DNA of 64,000 bases from Selaginella moellendorffii (taxonomy: Eukaryota; Plantae; Lycopodiophyta). The notes below the pieces were generated by a model. The model was not told where the DNA came from, ran no database searches, and saw only the letters and a list, made by a program, of their open reading frames with translations. The stretch is taken from contig NW_003314325.1 in NCBI RefSeq assembly GCF_000143415.4, forward strand, positions 1,070,296 to 1,134,295, written 5' to 3'. The position numbers were made by a program, and so were the translations under genes. Within the stretch, counting starts at the first letter, position 1. Each line of letters begins with the position of its first letter. Of this stretch, positions 37,319-51,400 are shown one piece after another.

Positions 37319-38177
37319 ATCCATGCTTTTACCATTGTTTTGGTTTTCTTCTCTCTCTCTCTCTCGCAACAGGCTTTTAAACTAGAGAATCCTGGATGCG
37401 AATTTTTGAGAAACTTCATGCATATCTACATGGTTCTCAGACGTTACTTAAAGGTGATTATGCTGCCGTTACTTCTTGGTCCCTCAGGTATTACATGCTC
37501 TTCCACCATTGCGAAGTTATTTGTGGCCATGTCACTATGACATGCCTGGCAGAAACGCAGCGTAGGCGCTTTCATCATCATGCCACACCGTGGCCTGTCG
37601 GGTCATTGCTAAGCACTTGCACACTTTCTCTTTACTGCTGATGTTACACACAGGTAAGCGCGAGTGAGCAAGCGAGCACAAGCGAGCGAGCAAAGCAAAG
37701 CAAAGCCAAGCAAGCAAACGTGAGTGGAAATCTCGCAGGAACTTGAATGGATTGCTGCAAGCTACCTAGGCCTGCATACGCTCTGCTTGCTTGTCGAGCG
37801 AGAGGAACAAAGTGATGTGAAATCCAGTCCAAGCTTCTGTTCATCCAGGGATTGCGAAGAGAGATATGGATAGCGTAGGACTTTTGGATCGATCAGTATG
37901 AACTCAATCAGCCCGACTTGTATGGATAAGTTGGAACTTTTGGATTGATCAGTTTGACTATGAACTTATAATAAGATCCTAGAGCGTTGGATAAGTGGAA
38001 CTTGATCTTAGTAAGCTTATACTTCTATTGGGGTTTCTTTTTCTTATAGACAGGGAAAAAACGAAACAAGCAAGCGACAAAAGTTTCACTTTGAAACTCT
38101 CGATTGTTTTCTCTTTTCTGCGATGGATTTTGTCTTGATGATCGACTTCATCGGTTCTTCTTTAAGCCCTAGACTCT

Positions 38178-39128
38178 TCAGGCGCCGACACCCAGGAAAC
38201 CTATGAAATCCTGGGTGGGCTAGTTGCGATCTTCGTCGCCGACGTCCTGGGAAGACTGCTCCACGCTGATGCACGAAATCGCACTGTCGGATGCGCTGAG
38301 TTGCTACTGCTGTTGATCGAGACGGTAGAGATGAGCCTGGTGCTGGAATTGGTGCTGCGTCTTCTTCCACAGCTCGAGCTGGAGGTCACTGGCGAGATTG
38401 CCGCTGGACGGCTCGTTTGCATGGCCCCGGCTTCTAATCGCATTGCTGCTTTTCTTCACGGTAGCATTGTCTGTGGACGTGAAATCCGTGCTACTGGCCG
38501 CTCAAGGCGTCGCGTAAGTTGTTTTGCCCGCCACCATTTTGCTGGCTTCGATGATTTTGCTCATGGTGGTGGTGGCGGCCATAAAACCCCTCCGCGAAGC
38601 TCGGAGCTGATCCTCCTCCAAGAAACGGAGCCAGCAAAGTTCCTGACGGCATCACACGATATATATCAGACCATGATGGCATTCTACCCTCCCCGGATTG
38701 AATCCCATCAAATTGCTCGCGCGATGATGGAGATTATCCATCCACGCCGCCGCCGCCGCCGCTGTTGCCGAGCTGCTTGTTGGGCGATCCTCCGCGTCCA
38801 CCAGGCTCCGCTTGGACGGCAGCAGCACCGGCGTGGATCCCCTGTTTAGCAGCAAATTGTGGTGATCGAGCTGCTGCGATGGTGGCGCGGGATGATCGGA
38901 TTTCACGGCGGTGGTCACGGTGTTCTTCCTGGTGGAGGCGGCGTTGGGCGATCGACCGTATGTCCGCGTCCGCTCGCTGTACTTCCTGGCCATGACGACG
39001 TGCCAGTGGTTCTTGACTGCATTGTCGGTTCTACCCGGGAAGAGCCGCGCGATCATCGCCCACTTGTTGCCGTGGAATCTGTGCGCCGCCAGCAGCCGCT
39101 CCTCCTCCTCCTCCGGGAACGGCTGCCG
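38178..39128 (-). pseudogene. 5'-truncated duplicate of the R2R3-MYB gene
   Basis: Near-identical to 46322-47449 but starts inside R3 at the duplication junction. It has a ~180-bp deletion with filler at ~38680. Confidence 0.9.
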
Positions 39129-40020
39129 GCGTGGGAGAGCGTCGCTTGGAACACGCTCATCGCTGGGTTGGGTCTGCGATCGCGGATCTCCGAGGCAAAG
39201 TCACTGTTTGATCGAATGCCCGCAACGAAGAACATCATCTCGTGGATGTCGATGATCCGGGGATTCGTCGAGACAGGCAGCGTGGATGATGCTAAAAAGC
39301 TCTTCGAGGATGGGATCCAGCGTCTTGGAACTTGGTTCTCCAGGCGTATGCCCAGAGCGGGCATACTGAGAGCGTCAAGAGCGTGTTCCAGGAGATGCCC
39401 GAGAAATCTCTCCTCGCCCACGTCTTCCCCATCGCGGCATTCGCGCAGGGAGGCCAGATCGCGGAGGCCAAGAGCGCGTTCGATCGGATGGTCCGGCTGG
39501 ACATCACGGCCTGGAACACGATCATCGCTGCCTACTGCGGCGATCACGATCCAGGCTTGAAGAACGCGCGCAGGGGATTCGATCGGGCTCCCAAGCGCGA
39601 CATCGTGTCGTGGAACACGATCATCAGTGGCTACGTCCAGCGCGAGAATCTGGAGGAGGCCAAGCTCCTGTTTGATGCCATGCCCGAGAAGAACAGAGTC
39701 TCTTGCAATGCGATGCTCGCTGGCTACTCCAATCGATGCCTCTTCCACTCCATGACCCAGTCTGCGACCACGCAGCCGGATCGCCTGTCGGATCGGCCGG
39801 CTGGGCGACGCGATCGATCTGGCGATGAGCATGCCGTTCGTCCCGGACGAAGTGGAGCTCACATCTTTACTCAGTGCTTACGGTTTACATCGTGACGCCG
39901 ACCAGGCCGCACGGGCAGCCATGGCGTATCTCCCACGCGATCCTCGCCGTACGTGCTCCTCTCCAATGCTTTTGTACAGGAGGTAACGCCGTTCTTGGCA
40001 CCAGGTAATTATGCTACGCA
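39129..40020 (+). pseudogene. 5'-truncated, deleted duplicate of the PPR gene
   Basis: Matches 1-1140 from ~39260 onward, with a frameshifting deletion at ~39308 and a ~340-bp deletion at ~39788. Confidence 0.9.
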
Positions 40021-41080
40021 AATGGCTTTCGAGTTCTTCTCCATATACCCAAACTGGGCATACTTCTATATCGAAAGGTTGCATGGCTTGAGTCTTTGTG
40101 ATATTCCATTTGCTTGCAGCGCCAGCTTGATTGAAGCTGCCAACCTCTTGGAGAATGTGTATGAAGAATTATCTGTTCACTGACACATTTTTCTCTTGTG
40201 AAGTGGGCAAAGTGTGGCTTTTTATTATTTTGATCCAAAACTTCTACCTGTGCATTCAATCTTGTGTGACACTTTTTGATACGTTCTAAAAGCCCATTAT
40301 TCAAGTGATGGTCAGGATGCTTAAAATTCTGTGCGGCAAGCAGGTTTTACATGGAGAGCTTGGGTGGCTGCTACGGATCTCCTCCGGGAATCGGACGAGT
40401 GAAAGGCTGAGCGAAGGCTGGGCTCTTACGTAAGGTGCCTTTCTGGTATATCTTCATCTGCTTTTCAAGTCCATCAATCACTCAAACTTGATTCAAGATG
40501 CAGGAAAAGCTGGGGAAAAGCTACAGAAAAATGCGGCTTGGGTCCAAGAATGAATAAAGCACTGATCTGATCGCTTCTCCAGCATCGCCGAATCTTCTCC
40601 AACGAAGTGGAGCTCGCATCTTTGCTAAGTGCGTGTTGTATCACGCGGCCTTCGTACAAGAGGTGAGACAACGAGAAAAAGAACTTGAGGCAACATGGCT
40701 TTCGGTGGACCTCCAACGTGGAAAGTAGATCACAAATGGGCATATATGATTCCCACATTTTCTGTGGAATGCATAGCGCATCTTTGCTTGGGGTGATCTC
40801 AAGAGGTTCTTGCTTAACTTGCGACGCGCCAGCGATCTTTCCCCTCCTCTGCTCCTCGTCCTGCCTGGCCCGCGCGAAATTCAATCTCCCGGCCATTGAT
40901 TGCGAGTCTTGCGTGGGATTCGTGTCTCCATTGCCTCAGATTCCTAGCTCGCCCCGACTTGCATTCCGCTCAATCCCTTCACCAAAGCCCTCCCCTATCC
41001 ACATCGCCAGGAATTTGGTCTGAATTTCTTGCTGACCGCAGGTAACGCGAGAGCTTCCACATTCCGGGAGCTGATCGGCC

Positions 41081-44000
41081 ATGCCAAGGAGGAGAAAGAC
41101 GCCCAGAGAGGATGAGAAAGGATCTTCTCCACCTTCGTCAAGCGGAGCTTCTCCACAGCCGCCGCCCCGTGCCGCCGCGAGCTCCAGCTCAAGCTCCACT
41201 CCGCCACCGCAAGCTTCACAAGATGCTTTAGCCATGGCCAGGCATCCACAATACTCGCAGCATTACCAAGTAGGAGGAACTAGTGGTGGAAGGAGTGGAG
41301 GTCAGTATAGTCAATCAAGTAGTGGCCGTGGAGGAGGAGGAACGGGAGGATATCATGGGCAGCAGCAGCCACAGCATCAGCAACAGCCGCGACAAGCTCC
41401 AGCAGTGAGCGCACTGGTTGAGCAATTTTCTGGATTGGGTGTGGAAGTTTCAGTTCCTGCGCAACCAGCGCCACCGCAGCCGAGCGTCGTAGCTCCTCCA
41501 GCGTCTATCAAGGCCTTGAGATTTCCGCTGAGGCCCGGACGCGGCCAAACGGGGGTTAAGTGCATTGTCAAGGTGAATCACTTCTTGGCAGAGCTACCAG
41601 ACAAGGATCTACACCACTATGATGTAAGTTTCTTCCTGTCACGAGCTAGTGTTTGCATCCAATTGGCTTGTTTTGCTTGCGCAGGTGACGATCACTCCCG
41701 AGGTGACATCGCGTGGTGTGAATCGAGCGGTCATGGAGCAGCTGGTTAAGCTTCACAGGGATTCCAGTTTGGGTCACAGGCTCCCAGTGTATGATGGCCG
41801 GAAAAGCCTGTACACTGCTGGGCCTTTACCCTTCCATTATAAGGACTTTCAGGTAAGTCTGCCGGAGGAAGATACACCAGTGTAGCTTAGCTTTTCTTTT
41901 CTTTTACAGCATACTGAAGAAAAGCATAAAATATCTTTCAGGTGATCTGCATCATCTTGGCCAGTTTCTGGCCGGGAGGCAAGCAGATGCTCCTCAAGAG
42001 GCCTTGCAAGTGCTGGACATAGTGCTGCGAGAGCTTCCTACCCATAGGTTCGCTCCTCTTTTCTTTGGTATCGGGTTTTTATGTGTTTCTTTTGAGTTCT
42101 TCCAGGTATTCGCCTGTTGGACGATCGTTTTATTCACCAGACTTAGGACGTAGACAACCCCTCGGTGACGGCTTAGAAAGCTGGCCAGGGTTCTACCAGA
42201 GTTTAGGCCCACGCAAATGCGTCTTTCTCTGAATATTGGTAAGGATTATGAAATGTGATGGTATGTGTTCTGATCTATTGTTGAAGACATGTCATCTACT
42301 GCTTTCATTGAGCCGCTGCCCGTGGTGGACTTTGTTGGCAAACTCCTTAACAAGGACATAAGCAGGCCACTTTCGGACGCTGACCGCATCAAGGTAAAGT
42401 CCCAGCTTGGTTTGCGAAGAGCGATTTTAAGATAGATCTGATTTTCTGTGCCAGATCAAAAAAGCTCTGAGAGGGGTCAAAGTGGAAGTTACACATCGCG
42501 GAACCATGCGACGAAAATACAGGATTTCTGGCTTAACTTCTCAGCCTACTCAAGAACTAATGTAAGTGTTTCTGATTGTTTGTTTTGTGTCTTATTTTGG
42601 GTTTGCAGGTTTCCTGTTGATGATAGAGGTACAATGAAATCGGTAATGGAGTATTTCCGAGATACATATCACTACACTATACGAAGCCCATCTTTACCTT
42701 GTTTACAAGTTGGAAATCAAGAAAGACCAAATTATCTGCCAATGGAGGTGTGCAGTTTTCGTAGGCATGCAACGAACTAAGTTCATTTTTGGCTGGTTAA
42801 CAGGTCTGCAAAATTGTGGAAGGACAAAGGTATACTAAACGTCTCAACGAGCGTCAAGTGACAGCCCTTCTAAAAGTAACATGCCAACGGCCCAGGGAAA
42901 GAGAGCGCGATATTTTGCAAGTAGGATAAGAATCTTTTCCCGTTTTTGTCTCTATTTTTATTTAACTGTTCTTATGTTTTGTGCTAGACTGTTTATCATA
43001 ATGCATATAATCAAGACCCATACGCCCAGGAGTTTGGGATGCGTATCAGTGACAGACTGGCTCTCGTGGAAGCTAGAATACTGCCTGCCCCATGGGTTTG
43101 TGTTTCTTCTCTTTTGTTGTCATACAATGTTCTTAAAAAATGCGGGTTTGCAGCTGAAATATCATGAAAAGGATTGCTTGCCTCAAGACGGGACCTGGAA
43201 TATGATGAACAAGGTAAGCGTGCTTGGAAGAAAACTGTTCTTTTTTAATTCATATGTCTCCAGAAAATGGTCGATGGAGGGACAGTGAACTACTGGGCAT
43301 GCGTCAATTTCTCTCGTACTGTTCAAGATAATATAGCTCGGGGATTTTGTAACGACCTTGCTCAGATGTGTCTTATTTCCGGAATGGTACGGCTTTAAGA
43401 ATGATCTTCAGTTTACTAATCGTATATGACATGCAGGCGTTTGCTGCTGAACCTATCATTCCAGTTCATGCTGCACGCCCAGACCAGGTAGAACGTGCTC
43501 TGAAGTCGGTATATCGTGAAGTTCAAAGCAAGGTCAAAGGAAAGGAATTAGAGTTACTAATTGCCATATTACCCGACAACAATGGCTCACTTTATGGTAA
43601 GAGACTTGGTTTTTTACAGATTTGCTGATAAGTTTTATTCCAGGCGACTTGAAACGAATCTGCGAAACAGACCTGGGATTGGTTTCTCAATGCTGCTTGA
43701 CAAAGCATGTCTTTAAGAGAGGAAAGCAGTATCTTGCTAATGTTGCGTTGAAAATCAATGTCAAGGTAGGGCGCTTCATGCACGATGTTCGTGAATAAGC
43801 TCAACAAGTTTGTTGTAAGGTCGGAGGCAGAAACACTGTCTTGGTGGATGCACTATCACGGAGGCTTCCTTTAGTAAGTGATACACCAACAATTATATTT
43901 GGAGCGGATGTTACGCATCCTCATCCTGGAGAAGATTCGAGTCCCTCGATTGCAGCGGTAAGTGTACGATTTTTCTTTTCGTGTGTCTCTAAATAAGCTG

Positions 44001-45106
44001 TGCCTGTTACAGGTTGTCGCTTCTCAGGATTGGCCAGAAGTCACGAAATACGCAGGTCTAGTGTGCGCTCAAGCTCACAGACAAGAGTTGATCCAAGATC
44101 TGTATAAAACATGGGTTGATCCTCAGAAGGGAACCATGAATGGCGGTATGATAAGGTTAGTAGCGGTGAGTTTTTTGTTTTACTTATTGTGCTAACATAT
44201 GCAAACTTTAGAGAGCTTTTGATTTCCTTCCGAAGTGCCTCTGGATACAAACCTGGAAGAATCATCTTCTACAGAGATGGTGTGAGCGAAGGACAGTTCT
44301 ACCAAGTTCTCCTTCACGAGTTGGATGCAATTAGAAAGGTTTAGTATGGAAAGACTTGGCGCATTGACTGATTCAGCTCTTCGTTTTGGACAGGCTTGCG
44401 CGTCACTCGAGCCGAACTATCAGCCTCTCGTGACGTTCGTTGTGGTCCAGAAACGGCACCACACCCGGCTATTTGCTAACGATCACGACGATACAAGAAC
44501 CATTGATAAGAGTGGAAATATCCTGCCAGGTGCTGTTGCCGTTAATAAGTGGCGAATTTAGATAACTAATGAGAGACCGTTTTCCTTCACAGGCACTGTG
44601 GTGGATTCGAAGATTTGCCATCCAACGGAGTTTGACTTCTACCTTTGCAGCCATGCCGGCATTCAGGTAAGTTGATGGAGCCCTGGCCTTTGTAGCTTTG
44701 CTCATACGACGAGATTATGTTACAGGGAACAAGCAGACCAGCTCACTATCACGTACTTTGGGACGAGAACAAGTTCACTGCCGATGGCTTGCAGTCCCTC
44801 ACCAACAGCCTGTGCTACACTTACGCTCGCTGCACACGCTCAGTCTCGATAGGTAAAGACCATAGCTCTTTCCCATAGGCTTTGACAACTAAAGCACAAA
44901 GCAATCGTCTTTTTCTTTCAGTACCACCTGCATACTACGCTCACCTGGCTGCGTTCCGCGCGAGATTCTACATGGAGCCGGACGCGTCCGAGGCTGGCTC
45001 CGTCCACCGGAACACTGCTCCCCGAGCTGGTAATCGCCAGGATGGCTCCATCCGGCCGCTGCCCGCGTTGAAGGACAAGGTTAAGAAGGTCATGTTCTAC
45101 TGCTAG
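41081..45106 (+). pseudogene. Argonaute (AGO1-clade) duplicate, disabled
   Basis: Relative to copy 1: exon-2 donor lost (~41878), 44-nt deletion in exon 3 (~41942), 1-nt frameshift (~42203), 12-nt deletion (~43168) and ~1.1-kb upstream deletion (~40822). Confidence 0.9.
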
Positions 45107-46321
45107 TCAGTATGCTACTACTCTCTTTTGCTTTTATCTCGCGTTTTTAATCTATCTGACTCCTGTTGCTTTCGCATACTTAAGTGTCCCACTAGGGGGA
45201 CCTCGGTGTCAAAGTCGCGCCTTGTGTTTACTCCTGGTGGTGTACTCCATTTCGGATTCTACACTTCCACTACTGCTTCCAGTGGTAGCCAGCCCAGTCC
45301 TCGAGCGCGCAGGCTCAATGATGAAACCACCATGAAGCAGCAACAAACAAAGGAGGATCCTTGAAATCCAGCACCATAAATGCCGAGCCAGGGCGATGCA
45401 AATTGCTAACAACAAAACGCAGTCTGGAGCAGCAGCAGCAGCAGCGCAGCGCGCAGCAGTCGAACAACAGAGGATTGTCTTCACTCTCCTGGCAAAACGG
45501 TACTGCTTTCTTTCGCTTCGTTTCCATCCATGCTCTTACCGTTGTGGCTTTGTTTATAGTTTTCTTTTGGCTCGTCTCGGCTTGGCTCTCTCTCTCTCTC
45601 TCTCTCGCTCGAGCACAGTAGGCTTTTAAACCAAAGAATCCTGGATGCGAATTTATGGTCCCTCGGGTATGACATGCTCTCTCACCATTGCGTTGGAAGT
45701 TATTTGTGGCCATGTCACTATGACATGCCTGGCAAAAACGCAGCGTAGGCGTTTTCATCATCATGCCACACTGTGGCCTGCCTGGTCGTTGTTAAGCACT
45801 CGCACACTTTCTCTTTACTGCTAATGTCACACAGGTAAGCGCGAGTGAGCAAGCGAGCACAAGCGAGCGAGCAAAGCAAAGCAAAGCCAAGCAAGCAAAC
45901 GTGAGTGGAAATCTCGCAGGAACTTGAATGGATTGCTGCAAGCTACCTAGGCCTGCATACGCTCTGCTTGCTTGTCGAGCGAGAGGAACAAAGTGATGTG
46001 AAATCCAGTCCAAGCTTCTGTCCATCCAGGGATTGAGAAGAGAGAGATGGATAGCGTAGGACTTTTGGATCGATCAATATGAACCCGTCCGACTTGTATG
46101 GATAAGTTGGAACTTTTGGATTGATCAGTTTGACTATGAACTTATAAGATCCTAGAGCCTTGGATAAGTGGAACTTGATCTTAGTAAGCTTACACTTCTA
46201 TCGGGGTTTTTTTTTCTTATAGACAGGGAAAAAACGAAACAAGCAAGCGACAAAAGTTTCGCTTTGAAACTCTCGATTGTTTTCTCTTTTCTGCGATGGA
46301 TCTTGTCTTGATGATCGACGA

Positions 46322-48474
46322 TCAGGCGCCGACACCCAGGAAATCTATGAAATCCTGGGCGGGCTTGTTGTGATCTTCGTCGCCGACGTCCTGGGAAGAC
46401 TGCTCCACGCTGATGCACGAAATCGCACCGTCGGACGCGCTGAGTTGCTGCTGCTGTTGATCGAGACGGTAGAGATGAGCCTGGTGCTGGAATTGGTGCT
46501 GCGTCTTCTTCCACAGCTCGAGCTGGAGGTCACTGGCGAGATTGCCGCTGGACGGCTCGTTTGCATGGCCCCGGCTTCTAATCGCATTGCTGCTGTTCTT
46601 CACGGTAGCATTGTTTGTGGACGTGAAATCCGTGGTACTGCTCGTGGTGCCGCTCAAGGCGTCACGTAAGTTGTTTTGCCCGCCACCATTTTGCTGGCTT
46701 CGATGATTTTGCTCATGGTGGTGGTGGCGGCCATAAAACCCCTCCGCGAAGCTCGGAGCTGATCCTCCTCCAAGAAACGGGGCCAGCAAAGTTCCTGACG
46801 GTATCACACGATATATATCAGAACATGATGTAGATCCAGACATAAAGAGCATGCGATTTGGAAGAGAGAGAATAAGAACACACACACACGCACTCGTGGA
46901 TATGGAACTTCTAGAGGAGAGCTTACCTGGTCTTAACGTATTGGGGCCACTGCTGCTGCTGGTGGTCGTCGTGGATGGAGCTTGATCCCTGCCCGGGAAG
47001 AAGGGGACCCTCCCCGGATTGAATCCCATCAAATTGCTCGCGCGATGATGGAGATTATCCATCCACGCCGCCGCCGCCGCCGCTGTTGCCGAGCTGCTTG
47101 TTGGGCGATCCTCCGCGTCCACCAGGCTCCGCTTGGACGGCAGCAGCACCGGCGTGGATCCCCTGTTTAGCAGCAAATTGTGGTGATCGAGCTGCTGCGA
47201 TGGTGGCGTGGGATGATCGGATTTCACGGCGGTGGTCACGGTGTTCTTCCTGGTGGAGGCGGCGTTGGGCGATCGACCGTATGTCCGCGTCCGCTCGCGG
47301 TACTTCCTGGCCATGACGACGTGCCAGTGGTTCTTGACTGCATTGTCGGTTCTACCCGGGAAGAGCCGCGCGATCATCGCCCACTTGTTGCCGTGGAATC
47401 TGTGCGCCGCCAGCAGCCGCTCCTCCTCCTCCTCCGTGAACGGCTGCCGATTTATCCGCGGGTCGAGCTGATTGAACCACCGCAGCCTGCAGCTCTTGCC
47501 TGGAAAGAAAAATCGCGATGATCGTGTGAGACGACGATGGTCACCGGGGATATCGATCGCGATAGAACTCCAGGGGATCAGATGAGACAAGGAGAGAAAG
47601 AAAAGAGATTGGAAGAAAAGGAATGATCTTTCCGGCGATTGCGAGCGAGCAAAACAATGCGCCGGGAAAAGAGCGATTTTGGGGAGATGGGCAGCTTTAC
47701 CGCGTCCCAAAATCCGTGGCGGGCGGATCAAGCGCGCCGGGGGGAAGAGACACCCAAGAACAAACAAGCCAAGCCATGCCAAACAAGAAAACCCAAGAAC
47801 CTAGGAAAAAACGAAGGAAGGACGAGGATTACTATCCTACTCGCTCGCTAGATCTCTCTCTCCCTCCCATTTTTTATGTCTAGACTCTCTCAATTTCCTC
47901 GTCTTTTACCTGATCGCCCCTGGAGCTTCTCCGCGATCATGTTCCAGTTCTGTGGGCCGTGGAGCGCGACGAGCTCCTTGAGCTTGTCGTCCTCGCCCGG
48001 CCGCCAATGCCCGCGCGGGCAATGCTTGGATTGCGCGCCGCCGCCGCCACTGAGATCGCTCTTCCCGGCGGTGGCGCCACCGCTGCCGCCATTGTCGATC
48101 TCCAGGAGATTCGCACTGCTGCTGCTGGGCGACGACGAGGCGCCCGCCGCCCCATCGTTCTCGTTGGTCGACTCCTTCATCTCATCGTCGTCATCCTCCT
48201 CCTCCGCGAGCTCCCTCGATCCATTCCCACTCCCACCATCGCCGCGATCACGATCTAGGACTACCTCCTCGTCTAGCCGTCCTAAAACCACTCGTCGGCG
48301 ATCCTCCTCCTCCATTCCCTCCTCTCCAATTCTTCTTCCGCCATGCCCCCCTGTGGATCGAGGAGAGCTCATCCCGGGAAAGAGTGGAATCTTCCCAAAG
48401 CCCAGCAGCGCCGCGGATGGTTTTCCCTTGCCGAATCCTCCCCCAAGCGACAAAAAATCGTCGCCATCGCTCAT
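46322..48474 (-). CDS. R2R3-MYB transcription factor, subgroup 21 (MYB105/MYB117-like)
   Basis: R2 [26 protein letters not shown]3 [20 protein letters not shown] and C-terminal FIDFLGVGA. Exons 48474-47910, 47499-46927 and 46794-46322; the second intron is in frame and less certain. Confidence 0.92.
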
Positions 48475-51400
48475 CTCTCCTCTCTCGTCCTCCTCTCGCC
48501 TCTCAAAAAATCACCACCCAGGAGATTTTGTAGCACTGCTCGCCCGCGGAGAAGAAGAAAAACAAATTAATTCTTTTCATGAAAGAAAATCCACTGCACA
48601 AAATTGATTTTTTCGAAAAAGAAAATCCAACTTTTATACGTCTAAACTAAACACGCGGGTTATCATAAAGCAACCTGGGTTTTTACGATATAATCCAACC
48701 ACCTTTAACATTTTAACCAACCGGCCAAACCCCCCAACCTACCCTTCGTTTTCAACGACATCCTTCCATTCATGTCGTACACGTCACTTTGCCGTCCCGT
48801 CCCGTCATTGCCTTCCTCGCAGCAACTAATCTGCTGCAGTGATCGCGGCCGCTCATTATCAGAGCAAGCCCGCCCCACATCACGGCTTAAGACACAAACG
48901 GTCGCTCGTGCTTTGTGGCTGCCAGCCGCATATTCACCTCCCACGGCAACGCATATTCTGGTGTGGTCAACCCTAGCTAGAGAGCGAATTACTACGCAAT
49001 GTGATATTTTGTGAGTGAAATACGTGTAAGCTTGTGCTAAGTTTTGTTTTCTAAAAAATGAGATATGATTTCTTTGTTTTCTAGATGACTACCAGTTTCT
49101 TTTCTATGCATTGTCTATTTTTTCAGAAATGAAAAAAATCGAAGAAAGGTGACGGCCCCGTTGACCTGCCTGTTTTGTAACGTTTTAGAAATGCTTATAA
49201 TCTGTGACGGCAGCAATCCAAAATCTCACGTTACAAATTTCTTATAGCCAGCGCAGCGGGTTTGGAGAGATTTTCTTCTTTCTTTGTAGCGAGATTGAGA
49301 TCCACGACGGGGTCCTTCATGGATTTTTAAGCAAGAGAGAAATGGAACGGAGAGAGAGGAGAGGGCCTAGCGGTTGCTCAAACATCGATCATCGGACGGG
49401 CTCACATCCAAAAACAACGACTTGCAAAGCGCGATTACGACTCCTTCCCCGGACCCTCCTCCCCTCTACAACGCAGATGAGCGAAATCGATTTTGATATA
49501 CTTCCACTGCAACTTTTTTTCTTTGTTTTCTTTTTCTCGTTCTTCCTTTTTTTGTTGTTGTTTTGAGCTTTCAGCGAGGTCGATTGACAATGTCTTTTTG
49601 TTTGTCACCGTCGCTTTGGTCCATCCGCAGAGAAGGACCCGGCACCTGCAGCAAATTCACACACCGGGGCTAAGTCATTCGTTTTGCTGTCGTCCATCCT
49701 TTGCGTCGAGTTGCTTGCGTATATATGTTATTTGGCGCTACAATGGATTGTCAACAACCAGGGATGTGGACTTGTTTCCATCCGGGTCAATTTCCTCAAG
49801 CAACTTGTTGTTCTAGAATTAAAACCATGCGGTTTTGCGTAATGCATGGGCCATTCTGTGTGAATGCATAATGGGAACAAAGGAAAAGCCTAGGGCATTG
49901 ACAACAGTGGTCCCGTCAAACTGACTTGACTCTTGACTAGGCAGATTTGTCAAAACCGGCATTCAATTCAACCACTTTGCATGCATGCATGCAAGCGTTC
50001 AGACTATGAATATGTTTTCCCCAGGAATCATACTTTTTCCAACTTTTTTGACACTGGCAATGTAGTTATAGGTACCAGTGAAGAAGAAATAGAGGGAAGC
50101 CATGCTTCTGCCAGTCCAAAGTACCAGCTTGAAAATCACAAAAAAGTCCATAAAATACTAATTTATTTGTCAAATTTTTTCTCCAGAGGCTCTGCAATGG
50201 AATGGATTGCAAGATTGAGAAAGGAAAAAAGAAAACAAAGGTGGCTGACTGCAGCTCTCAGAATCCCAGCTCTTTCGGTTACCTCCTCCACTACCTTAAA
50301 TGCGAAAAAACAAAAAACTCATCCATTCCATTGCAATGACCTGGACAGAAGCGTTACGCCACGTGGTGCTAACGCAACACGTGGACGCTGTCCATTGGCA
50401 GCGTGTCAGCTGCGATTTAGGGCAGGCAAATCTTTTGCGTTTGTCCGGGAGTAATTCTCAAACGATTTCAGTGGCGACTGAGGGCGTGGGTGGTGTGTCG
50501 GATAGGCGCTGCTCGTTCGTTTCGCTGCCCCCAGCGATTTTGAAACTGACGAGAAAACAAAAGCTTCACGCATTTGCCCACACGAGGGACACGGGAAGAG
50601 ATTATTCCTTTTTTGACTACCGGCATATTCGACTCACAAGAAAGACAACATTAATGTCTCGGGCAGCATCTCTCGCTCTCTCGCAGGGAGCAAGGAAAGC
50701 GAAGAGAGATCGCTCTCAATGTTGTTAATTATATTATATTATTTGGATATATCATATTTTTTATATATATACATCTCGAGTTTCTTTGTCAAGGATTCTT
50801 CTGCGCTGCATGTACCATTTCCCGTAGAGAAAATGAATCTAGAGTACTCCATTCCCTTCCTATTCAAAGTAGTAAAACGGACCACAACTTTGATGAGTTT
50901 GCATACCACAAAAAAAAAAGAAAGAAAAAATAAAACACTAGAATTACTGATTGACAATGGCCTGCACGAATTCTAAGCTTTCAATCTTCCACCTTGACTG
51001 GCCAGGCTCACAGTTCTGTAATGTATATAATAGAAGTATATATCGATCGTTTTGAATGTCACGAGCTTATCTTCAGCCACTCAAGGTTTTGCTCTTAGAC
51101 ATCCTTTGTAAGCTTTGCAACTTTGATCTTAATCTTCCTGAAAGGGCTGCTTTCGCCGAAACAAATGGCCCCAGGTGACGATCACCAGAAGGAAAATTTT
51201 CAATTGCATTAACATCTCTCATGCATGCGTATGAATTATTTTCTTCTTCTTGAATTATGTAGTTTTTTTGTTTGTCCTGTTTCCGTTGGAACTTGTCAAT
51301 TCAGTGAACGCACGAGCCCACAAATCCGTGTGGACCGGCCACAAATCTTTGTAGTATGTATGCATTCACTCTTTCGTAGTGGCAGAGGCTGGATGCTTGG

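Larger units (their letters stand above)
39129..47449 (+). repeat. Second unit of a tandem segmental duplication (PPR-AGO-MYB)
   Basis: Colinear high similarity to 1-7853 plus 37319-39128. Confidence 0.95.

Noticed and set aside
46322-47782. 486-aa ORF as a standalone gene
   Set aside because: It is MYB exons 2-3 read through intron sequence; the true start is in the upstream exon at 48474.
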